This document shows, piece by piece, positions 47,175 through 58,072 of a stretch of DNA of 64,000 nucleotides. Numbering within the stretch: position 1 is the first letter of the stretch; every line of letters starts with the position of its first letter. The stretch lies in the NCBI GenBank assembly GCA_004431415.1, contig QPMI01000169.1, forward strand, positions 124,001-188,000. The letters run 5' to 3'. Both the position numbers and the translations under genes were made by a program. This stretch comes from Cyanophora paradoxa CCMP329 (taxonomy: Eukaryota > Plantae > Glaucophyta). The notes beneath the pieces are model-generated. The model made no database searches, was not told where the DNA came from, and worked only from the letters and a program-made list of their open reading frames with translations.

Positions 47175-50100
47175 CTACTTTGCCCTGGCCTTCTTCTTCC
47201 GCCCCGTGGCTGCGCCCTCGGCGGCCGCGGAGGCGGCCCCGCGGCCCCGGCGCTTGCCCCGCGCGACGGTCGGCTCCGCCTCCGCCGCCGCCGCCTCCTC
47301 CTCGGCCTCCGCCCCCGCCCGCCGCGGCGTGGCCGCGCCCGCGGCGGCGGCCGGGGGCGCCTCCAGCGCCTGCGCATCGGATGCTGAGGGCGCCGCGGCC
47401 TCCAGCCCCGGCAGCGCCTCGGGGCCCTCGAAGGGCCGGAACAGGTCGCGCCACTCTGCGGGGGTACCGTCGACAGGCGGCGGGCGGGGGGGAGGGCGAG
47501 GGGGGTACCGGCGACGCGGAGGTCGGTGGCGCGGTCCTCCTTGAGGGCGCCGGCGGGGCCGGCGGCGCGGAAACGGCCCCAGCCCGGGCCCTGCGGTCTC
47601 AGCGGCGCGCTGCTGCTGCATTCCTCCCCCTCGCCTTCGCCCTCGCCGGAGGCCCCCGCCGGGACCAGCTCGCCCCCGGCGGGGGCCTCCGCCTCCTCCG
47701 GGGCCGCCTGCTTCAGCCGCGTGCGCACCTGCCCCCGCCGCGTCAGGGGCGAGGGGCATGCATATGGGTGCGCGGGGCGGGGGGGAGGGGCGGGCGGGCC
47801 TGGAGGATGCGCTCCTCGACGGTGCCGCGGAGCCAGAGGATCTTGACGTTGACCTCGCGCGTCTGCCCGATGCGGTGGATCCGGTTGATCGCCTGCTCCT
47901 CCGTCCCCACGTTCACGCACGGCTCCAGGATGAACGCCCAGTTCGCCGCCTGCCGCAGAACCGCGTCAGGCCGGATGCGCGGGGGCGGGCGGGGCGGGGC
48001 GGGGCGCGCGGTGAGGGTGAGGCCGACGGCGCCGGCGCGGACGGAGAGGACGAAGACGTTCACGTCGGGCTTCTCCGAGAAGAGCCGCAGCGCCCGCGCT
48101 GCCCCGCCCCCTCAGCCGCCGGCGGGAGGAGAAGCGGCGAGGAGGGAGGGGGGCGGGCGTACCGCGGGACTTCTGCGCCATGGAGCCGCAGAGCTTGGAG
48201 TGCTTGATGCCGCGCTCCGTCAGCGCCTCCACCACGCGCTCGAAGGTGTGCGCGAAGTACGTGAAGACGACGACCTTGGCCGCCGCGTCCCGCCCCCAGA
48301 GGGCGTCCAGCTCCTCGAGGAGCAGGGAGAGCTTCGTGCCGTCCTCGAAGACGGCCCGCTTGTAGCGCGCCACCGTGTCCTCCCCGATGTCCCCCGGGAT
48401 GACTGCGGGGATTAGCAGCTCCGGCTGCCGCCCCGCCCGCCCCGAGGCCGCCGAGGGCGAGGCCTTGCCGCCCCGGCCCCGCTGCTTCCTTCTCCTCCCC
48501 GCCCCGCTCGAGGGCGAGGAGGCGTCGGCGGGGGCCCCCTCCCCCTCCCCCTCCTCGCCCTCGTCCTCCTCGTCGCCCTGCTCCTGCTCCTGCTCCTGCT
48601 TCTGCTCCTCGCCCTCGTCCTCGTCGCCCGGGGCGGCGGCCTCGGGCTCGGCCTCCTCGCGCAGCGCGATGTGCACGAGCTGCCGCTCCGTGAACGGCCG
48701 CCGGCACGACGGGCACTGCGCCCTGCCCCGGCCCTCCCCGTCAGCCCCCGCGCAGGCGAGGGAAGAGGGGCCCGCAACGCACTTCTTCTCTCCAGCGGCG
48801 AAGAGGCCGGCGATGCACTGCAAGAGGCGCCGGCGGGTCAGGGCGCGCGTTGGGGGACGGGGCAGGGGGCGGGCCTCCTGGCAGAAGAGGTGGAGGCAGG
48901 GGCGGACGGCGCAGGGCGCCTCGATGGCGTCCAGGCAGATGGCGCACTGGATGGCCCCGCCCCCGCCCGTCCCCTCCCGCAGCGCCCGCTCGAGCTCCCG
49001 GATGTACTCCCGCCCCTTGTCCGCCCCCGAGAGGCCCTTCAGGATCTGCTCCAGGCTGAGGGACTTGGGGGCCGGCCGCGCCGCCCCCGCCCCGCGCCCC
49101 GCCTCGCCCTCCACCGCCGGCAGGCCCAGCGGGTCCCCCGCCGCTGCGCGCAAGTCACGAGGCAAGAAAGGCGGGGGAGGGAGAGGGCGGGGCGGGCGGA
49201 CCCTCCTGCTCGCCGGAGAAGCGGACGAGAGGCAGGGAGCGGGGGTGGGAGCAGGCCTGGCGGAGGGCCAGCACGCAGGCGACCATGTCGACGTACTTCG
49301 CCCGCAGCGACTCGTCCGTCTCCGCCAGCTGCGCCCCCTCAGAGGCGGGGCAGAGGGAGGAGGGCGGGGAGAAGAGGGGCGGACGGCGAGGAACTTGCGG
49401 CGGACGACGGGGAAGAGGCGCTCGTAGAGGAGGCGCTCGTCCTCCGTGCGCCACTCGGCGGCGACGGTCTCGACGCGGCGGGGCGGCAGCGTCACCAGCG
49501 CCTTGCCCCCGAGCACCTGCGCCTTCACGTGCCGCATCACCAGGCTCCGCACCATGTGCTGGGGGGCGGATGAGACGCGGAGGAGGAAGGAGGATGAGCG
49601 GGCGCGGGGGGGCGCGCCTCGGTGACTTGGAGGCCGGACTTGAGGTGCTTGTCGTAGTTCTTCTTGACGACGGCGTTCCAGCCGTTCTCGACGTTGAAGG
49701 GGTACACCCGCAGGTACTTGAAGATCGACCGCAGGTCCTGCACGGGGTCAGCTGGGGGGAGGGGGAGGAAGGGGGAAGGCAGAGGGGTGCGGGCGCGCCA
49801 TGATGTGGGTCTGCATGGGGGTACCCGAGGCGAGCCAGCGGATGGGCGACTCGAGGCGGATCTGCAGAGGAGGCGCGCGCCCGTCAGCGCGGGTTTTCCT
49901 CTTCGGCGAAGGGAGGGGCAGAGGGCGCACGGCCATCTTGGCCTGCGCGCAGGCGGCGTACTTGCTGCGGGGGCGTCAGAGTGTGGGAGGGGCCGGCGCG
50001 GGGGCGGCGCACATGTAGTGGCTCTCGTCGCAGATGATGCGGAACCACTCGATCTTCTCGAGGGGGCTGTCCTCGCCCTTGGCCTCCCGCTGCAGAATGC

Positions 50101-51622
50101 TGTACGTCGTGAGCACGATGTCGTGCGCCGCGATCTTCGCCACGTCGCTCGTGCGCCCCGTGTGGTAGACGTAGACCTTCTGCGGCCGCACGCACTTGCG
50201 CTCGATCTCCAGCCGCCACTGCTCCAGCAGCGAGACCCTGCGCGGGGCCCGTGAGGCGGGCGGGCGGGAGCAGTCTGCGGGGCGAGGGGGCGCACGGGGC
50301 GATGACGAGGGTGGCGTTGGAGCGGGTGAGGCCCGGGCGCACGGGGGCCCCCTCGAGCCACGAGGCCGGCGGCCGGTTCAGCGCGATCAGCGCCAGTAGC
50401 TCCACCGTCTTCCCCAGGCCCTGCGGCACGCTCGGCGCGGACGGGGGCAGGGGCGGGGCGGGGCGGGCGGTGGGGACGGCACCATCTCCTCGCCGAGGAT
50501 GCCGCCGCGGGCGGCGGAGACGTCCTGGAGCTTGACGTTGCCGGCGAAGGGGTTGTAGTAGGCCCGCGTGCCGTCCCCGAGGGTGAGCTCGGACCAGAAC
50601 ATCTCGACGGCGAGGCTCGTGGGGGACGCCTCGCGGTCGAGCATCCAGCGCAGGCTCTGCAGCTGGTACGGCCGCAGCGGCACCGTGATCTCCCCCTCCG
50701 GCTGCCCCGCCAGCGGCACCCCCTCCGTCGGCGCCAGGCACCGCGAGAGGATCCTGCCCCGCCGTCGGCGCCGCCCGCGCGTGTGGCGGGCCGCGGGCCG
50801 AGCGGGCGTACCCCTGGATGGAGAAGTCGCCGTCGTGCTCCTGCTGGCTGGAGAGGCCCTCGCGCCACTCGTGGTACTCCGGCCAGCGCTCCGCCCAGGG
50901 CCGCGGCTGCCGCGCGGGCAGCTCCAGCTCCGTCCCCGCCGCCTCCACCGCCACCTCCGCCGCCGCCGCCGCCGCCGCCGCCGCCTTGCCCTTCCCCTTT
51001 GCCTTGCCCTTGCCCGCCCTGCGCGGCGTGAGGCCGCAGCGCGGGGCTGCGGGGCGGGGCGGGCGGACGGGGCCGGCTCCTCCTCGGCAGCAGGCGGGGC
51101 GCCCGGGGCGCGCTCCTCGAGCTCGCGGCGGGGGTCGAAGACGACGCGGTCCATGAGGGCGGAGAGGTTCGGGTCCGCCACCTTCGTCGGGTGGCCCTCG
51201 AAGGCCGCCGCCGTCAGCCACACCCGCGCCTGCCGCCCCGCCTCGAACGCGCGCCGGCGGGCCCGGCAGGGGGCTGGGCGCCCCGCGCACCCGGAGGACG
51301 ACGGAGGCGGAGGGGGCGTGGTAGCCGACGAGGGCCGAGGTGCGGATCTGGCCCTTGGACTCGAGGGCCACGCAGCAGCGCAGCGCGACCAGGCTCCTCG
51401 CCTTCTCCTCGGGGCCCCCGTCGTCCTCCGCCTTGCGCGGCAGCCACTCCAGCGGCCCGCCGGCGAGCCGCACGAGGGACTCGCCGGCGCAGGCGCGCCA
51501 GGCCTCGAGGCCGGCGGGGGCGCCCTTCACGAGGAAGCCGCGCTCGTCCCCCTCGCCGTGCAGGCGGCACACGTTCTCCCGCACCACAAAGTCCAGGATC
51601 CCCTGCAGCGCCGTCGGGCCCC

Positions 51623-51662
<40 letters not shown>

Positions 51663-52542
51663 GGCGGGCGCGGGCCGCACGAGGTACTTCGGCTCGCCGG
51701 CGGCGACGCGGGCGCCGGGGATGACGTACGGCGCCACCCGCCCGCCCCGCGGCTTCCCGTCCTTGCCCTTCCCGCCCTTAGCCTTGGCGCCCTTCTCGCC
51801 CTTCTCGCCCGCCTTCTTGGCGCCCTTGCCCTTCCAGCTGAACTTGCGCTTGCCGGTCGCCGGCTCCTCCTCCTCCTCCTCGCCGCAATCCTCGGGCGCC
51901 GCCTCCGCGTCGCCCGGGTGCTCGTCGAGGTACCGCTCGGCCGCCGCCTCCACGTCCCCGTCCGCGTACTGCGGCGCGGCGCGACCCTCAACGCCGGCGC
52001 CGCGCGGCTTCACGTGAAGCGGGCGGCACCTTCAGGTACTTGTACAGCTGCGCGCGCTCCTTTCCGGCTCCCTGCACGCCGTGAATGAGAGGCGGCGCGA
52101 TGCGACGAACGGAAGCAGGGCGCATCGCGCTCGTGCTGGGGAAGGGAGTGTTCACCTTCACGCCGACCTGTTTCGCCAGCTTCGTGAGGCGCTTCTTCAC
52201 CTCCTCCTCGGACAGCGTGGTAATTGATTCGCGAGGGCTCGCCCCCTTCTTCGACGAGGTGCTGGATGCGCCGCTGGGGGTCGAGCGCCCGCGCTTCTTC
52301 GCCCGCGAAGCGAGGGGCTCCTCGTCACTTTCGTTCTCTTCCTCGCTAGACTCGCTCTCCTCCTCGACCTCATCTGCGGCCGGGCGGGGCCCGCGCGTAA
52401 GCGCTGGAGCTCGCGCGTGCCGCCAGGAATCACGCGTGCGCGTCGCCCGGGGTGGGGGCAGCGCACCGTCCGTTGGCTCGTACTCGCTCGCGCTCGATTC
52501 CTCCTCCTCCTTCGCGCTCTTCCTCTTCCCGCCGCGTGCCAT
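47175..52542 (-). CDS. RAD5/HLTF/SHPRH-like SNF2 helicase with embedded RING finger
   Basis: LRPYQLQSLRWML, GGILGEEM|GLGKTVELLALI, IICDESH, RWLASGTPMQ, LRQACSHP, RING CAICLD..PCLHLFCQEC..CPSCR, KVVVFTYF, GAVGLTLT, EEQAINRIHRIGQTREV. Confidence 0.93.
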
Positions 52543-52856
52543 GCCCGCCGCGTTACGAAGCTCCGAGGCTTGTCTTCCCGCGGGGGGTGCGGGTTGTACC
52601 GCTGCGCTATCGAACGAGCAGCCTTTGGCGCGCTCCGCCGCGCTCAGCTTGCGTGCGCTGACGAAAGTCGCGGGAAAAACAGGCCAGGGGTCTACTTCGG
52701 CCCGGGTACGGCCACTTCGAAGACCACGATCGGTCTTTTTGCGCTCGCCGCCGCCCGCAAGGTTCGCGAAATACGGTCACCTGCACCCCGCGATCCCGCC
52801 CTGACTGTCGTTCCTCCGCGATCGCCCTGTGATCGTTTCATTCGGCGCGCAGCGAG

Positions 52857-55119
52857 ATGGAAGCCTTCTCGGTTCCCATCGTTCTCTCGAGCCTAGCCTC
52901 GGGTGTCGGAGTTGCCGCGGACGCGCAGCTGTCTCAGCAGCGCCGCCCCGCCAGCGTCCGCCCCCGTGGATCGGCCCGCGGCCGCACCTTCGCGGGCAGC
53001 CAGAATATCGACGCTAGCACCTTTAGCCATAGCCAGGGGTCTCAGATCGATTCCGTACGCGGGAGCGAGTTCCTCCGCCCCATCGCCCCGGCTTCGCCCA
53101 GCGTGATCGCAGCCTCGACCCCGTCCGGGGTGGTCACCCAGGCGTCTTCCGAGCAGCACGGCGAGACTCCCTGCAGCAACAGCAAAAGCTACAGCTTCGG
53201 CGCCAACCCGTACGAGGAGATTTTCAGCGACCCGGACTCAGAGGCGCCCCGCGAGGAGTGCGGCGTGATCGGCATCTTCGGGCACGAGGAGGCATCCAAC
53301 CTCGCTTACCTCGGCCTACATGCGCTCCAGCACCGCGGCCAGGAGGGCGGTGGCATCGTGTGCTCGGACGGCGAGCAGCTGCGCTCCCACCTCGGGCTTG
53401 GGCTCGTATCAGAGGCACGCTTTTCTTTTCGTTCCTTCCTTTTCCTTTCTCGCGTCTGAATCCCGCGGCGCAGGTGTTCTCGCCCGACGTGCTGAAGCGC
53501 ATGCCCGGCAAGGCCTCCATTGGGCACGTTCGGTACTCGACGTCCGGTGAGAAGAGCGTCCGTAACGTGCAGCCCTTCCTCGTCCGTACACGTGACGGCC
53601 AGGTCCGGCCCCGCCCGCTCGAGCCTCGGGTCGCGGTCTGACCTGGTATCGATGCGGCGCAGGTCGGCATCGCGCACAACGGCAACCTGACGAACGCCAA
53701 GGTCATCCGCCGCGAGCTCGAGATGCGCGGCTCGATCTTCAACACCTCGTCCGACACGGAGGTCATCCTCCACCTGCTCGCCACCTCCATCCAGGCTCGC
53801 CCGCCCCCTCCCCGCCCCCCGCCGCCCCTCTCGCCCCCGCCCCGCTGAGCCCCGCCGCAGACGGACGTCCAGGGGGCGTTCCTGAAGCGGCTGAGCGACG
53901 CGCTGCTGCGCGTCGAGGGCTCCTACTGCCTCCTCCTCATCACCGAGAAGCAGCTCGTGCGCGGCGCGGGGCCCCGCGCGACCGCCGGGGCGCGCTCGTG
54001 ACGCGGGGCTCTCGGGGCAGATCGCGGTGCGGGACCCGCACGGGTTCCGGCCGCTGGTGATGGGGAAGATGGGAGACACGGTGGTGTTCGCGTCGGAGAC
54101 GTGCGCGCTGGACCTGCTGGGGGCGACCTTCGTGCGCGAGGTCGAGCCCGGCGAGATGGTCGTCGTCGAGGACGGCTCCGTCCGCTCCTACTTCCCCTTC
54201 CCCCGCGTCCCCCGCAAGGCCCGCCCCGCCCCGCCCCGCCCCGCGCCCGCCGGGGCGCCCCGCTGAGGCCGCGGGGCGCGGGGAGCAGGCGTGCGTGTTC
54301 GAGCACATCTACTTCGCGCGGCCCAACTCGGTGGTCTTCGGGCGCTCGGTGTACCAGACGCGCTTCCGCTTCGGGGAGGTCCTCGCCAAGGTCTGCCCCG
54401 TGCAGGCGGACGCCGTCATCCCCATCCCGGACAGCGGCATCGCGGCGGCGCTCGGCTACTCGGCGGCCTCGGGAATCCCCTTCCAGAACGGCCTCATCCG
54501 CTCGCACTACGTCGGGCGCACCTTCATCGAGCCGTCGCAGAGCATCCGCGACTTCGGCGTCAAGCTCAAGCTCTCCACCGTGCGGGCGATCATCGAGGGC
54601 AAGTCGATCGTGGTCGTGGACGACTCGCTCGTGCGGGGGACGACCTCGAAGAAGATCGTCAACCTGCTGCGCGAGGCCGGCGCCAAGGAGGTCCACATGC
54701 GCATCTGTAGCCCGCCCATGATCGGCTCCTGCCACTTCGGCGTGGACATCCCCAGCCAGGAGGGCCTCATCGCCTACCGCATGGACATCGAGCAGATCCG
54801 CAGCTACATCGCGGCCGACTCGCTGGCGTACCTGCCGCTGGAGGCGATGCGGGACGAGCTGGCGGACGAGGCGCCGACCTTCTGCGACGCCTGCTTCTCG
54901 TGCGAGTACCCGATCCGCATCGCCGACTCGACGATGGAGGGCGCCAGCCAGCCGGTGCTCCCCAAGCGCCTCGAGGGCCGCTCCATGGCCGACTTCGCCA
55001 CCCTCGCCGCCCTCGCGCCGGGGATCAGCCTCTCCAAGGACGGCTCCATCCAGAAGGGCCCCGCCCCCGCCCCCGCCGCCAAGCCGGCCCCGCCCCCGAA
55101 GGCAGAGTCCTCCACCTGA
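52857..55119 (+). CDS. purF: Amidophosphoribosyltransferase with plastid transit peptide; 5 introns
   Basis: [77 protein letters not shown]; N-terminus MEAFSVP. Confidence 0.97.
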
Positions 55120-55624
55120 CTCCCGTCGGGACCCTCCCCCGCCCCCGAGCCCCAGCCCGCCCCCGCCCCGCCCCTGACCGACCCCGCCCCGCCCCCGGCG
55201 CCCCCCGCGGCGGCCCCCGCACCGGCTCCCCAGCCGGCAGCGGAGGCCCCCCCGCGGAGAGCGCGCGGCCGGCGGAGGGTCCGCCAGCGGCGCCGGCGCC
55301 CCCGGCGCGGCGGGGCGGCGCCTTTGGCTTCTTCCGCAAGCGACGCCAGTAGGCGCCACGCGGTTTGGCCCCGGGGAGGGTGCCCCGTGCACTGTCCGAC
55401 TCTCGTAGGGCGCTTGTTATGCGCGGCCTCAGAACGAGAAATTACGAACGCCTTCTTACCAGCCGAGCCCTGCGGCTGCGGGTCGAATGCATGCGTGCTG
55501 CCCCTGTGCCCGGCCCCGTTCCGGAGGAAGGCACCCTAACTGAGTACCTACTTGTAGAGCTGCCAAAAAGGGGGGCCCGGGGAGGGGCGGGGCCCGGGGC
55601 CGGGGGGGGTGAGGGGGTGCGGGG

Positions 55625-57926
55625 TCAGGGGGCGGGGAGGACGGCCCTGCAGGTGGGGCACTCGAGCTTGATCTCGATCCACTGCTGGAGGCACGGGGCG
55701 TGGAAGGTGTGGTTGCACGGGCACGTCATCTGCCGGCCCCGCCCCCGTCACGGCGGGGCGGGGGGCGCGGGAGGCAGGGTCGAGGGGAGGGCGCACGGGC
55801 TCGTCGTCGTCGGCGACGGGGGACATGCAGATGATGCACTCGCGGGGGGGGCCGGGGAGGCGGCGCGCGTAGTTGTACTTCTCGGGGAGGAGGCGGGCGG
55901 GGATGAAGAAGCGCGGGCCCAGGAGGTCCTGGAGGAGGAGGAGGAGGGCCTGGAGGGCGACCCAGGCCACGAGGGAGGCCGAGAGCGCGCCGTTCGTCTC
56001 CACGTGCAGAAAGTTGTGCGGGCACGCGAAGAAGTAGAGGGGGATCGCCAGCCGCGTCGCGCTCATCCCCAGCACGTACTGCCAGTGCATCGAGCGCCGC
56101 ACGTCCCGCTGCGCGTTGTTCACAATCTGCGGCCACCAGAACGAGTAGAGCACGAAGCTGCGCGGGGGACGTCAGCTCGGCGGGGAGGAACACGTCTCGT
56201 CCGCTCCCGTGGCGCACACGAAGTAGCGGAGGGAGGCCTGCATCTGGTACATGAGGATGATACCGGCGAGGAGGAAGCCGTAGAAGCGCGAGTAGAGGAC
56301 GCTCAGCTCCCGCCGCATCGACGTGAAGCCGTCCGCGAACTGCTGCGGCCGCCGCGCCTTCCAGATCGCCAGCAGGTAGCGCATCTCGAAGATGGCGAAG
56401 ATGACGAACTTGAAGAAGGCCGCCGTCGCGAACGCGTTGAACAATCGCTCCACGACGATCCCCGTGGTGAGGTGCAGCAGGCAGAGGTACGAGTCCATGA
56501 TGGCCTGGGAGCCCACGGTGAGGAGCGACACCTTCGAGGCCCCCTGCGCGCGGGGCGTGAGAGGGAGGAGGGCGGGCGGGGGCCGAGGGGGGCGCGCCGA
56601 CTGCGTGCTCGTGAACTCCATCTGCTTGATCAGGAGGAGCACCTCCACAAACGAGAGCTGCCGGCGCGGCGCGGCGCGGCGCGGCGTCAGGGGGCTCCTG
56701 TCGGGGCGGGGGCGGGGCCGGGGGCGGGGGGCGCACGAAGGTGACCATGAGGGTGTAGTTGATGGCCTTGTTGAAGTACGCCTCGAATAGGATCGCCTGC
56801 GCCGCCATCAGCCGGCGCGGCGGGGCGGGGCGGCGCGGCGCGGCGCTTCGCGGGGGCGGACGGTGGCGTTCATGCGGAGGCCGGCGCCGGTCATGCAGTT
56901 GGGGGAGACCATGACGCCCTCGAGCTCGTGGCCCTTGCGCTCGCCCGCCTCCTCGTCCCCCGCGAGGCCCCCCGAGCCGTCCGTCGTCGCCTCGCGCTCC
57001 CGCTCCTTGGCGTACGCGTCCACCGAGGCGGGGTCGACGGGCTTGGCCTGGAGGAAGAGCTGGAGGATGCAGCGCTGGCCCGCCCCCGCCGAGCCCTCGA
57101 CCGCCGCCGCCGACTTGCGGAAGGCGGCGGCGAGCGCCGCGAGGCTCGTGGCGTCCCCGTCCGTCCCGTTCTTGGCGGCGACGTGGGCCCCCTCGGCCGC
57201 CGCCATCGCCGCCCCCAGCACGTCCGAGAAGAGCACCAGCTGGCCCGTCCGCCACGTGTAGTACCCCGTCAGCGTCGTCCGCAGGTCCCGCGCCGTCGGG
57301 TACATCCCTGCGCCCCGCCCGTCGCCCGCCGCGCGAGGCGGCCGGCGCGGCGTGCGCACCGTCGCGCAGGAGCGCCTCGGCGATGACCTCGTGCCGGTCC
57401 TGCCGCAGCCGCGTCGGCCCCGGCCAGCTCCGCCCCGCGGCGCACACTAGCTAAGCCCGGCAGGCCCCGCAGCGACGCGGCAGCTCTGCCCCTTGAGGGG
57501 CGCATAACCGCGACCCCACCTGGCAGGGAACGCACCTCCGAGTCCGTCCGCTTCGAAGTCAGATGGAAGAACAGGACGCCGGATCGCTGCTCGAAGCCGA
57601 GCTCGGATGTCTCGTTCGCGGATGCGAACTCCCACACGCCTGCGAGGCGGTCAACAGCCGCACAGCGAGCACGCGCGGGGACGGCCGCTCGCCCTTGAAG
57701 GCATCGCTGATATTGCTCGGATACACGCTCTTGTCCGCGGCCGGCTTGCCCTCCGGCGGTGCGATGGTCTGCGGTTGGGACGTCATGCGGCGTACGGGCG
57801 AGCGGCGCGTCGGAGCGGGGTATTCTCGCGCACGCTCTCGCCACCCAACGCGGTTTTCTTGCAGAGGGCCAGGGGGGATAGCGCCACCACAAGGGCAAGA
57901 AGAAGAAGAAGCGCGCCCCCGCGCAT
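55625..57926 (-). CDS. TUL1/FLY1-like transmembrane RING-H2 E3 ubiquitin ligase
   Basis: Signal peptide MRGGALLLLLALVVALSPLALC; GVMVSPNC, KAINYTLMV, QAIMDSYLCLLHLT, FEMRYLLAIWKA, YSFWWPQI, LGPRFFIP; RING-H2 CIICM..PCNHTFHAPCLQQWIEIKLECPTCR. Confidence 0.92.
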
Positions 57927-58072
57927 ATCGCGCTCGTTCAGGACAACTTGATCGCTACAAAGACATGGTGAACGGCGTCATTGCTAGGAGTCGAGTGTGA
58001 GGGCTCGCCGGGCTGTACCCCCTGTCACTGAACTTCAGACATCAATTTGCTTGGCTTCCTGGACGCTGCGCG

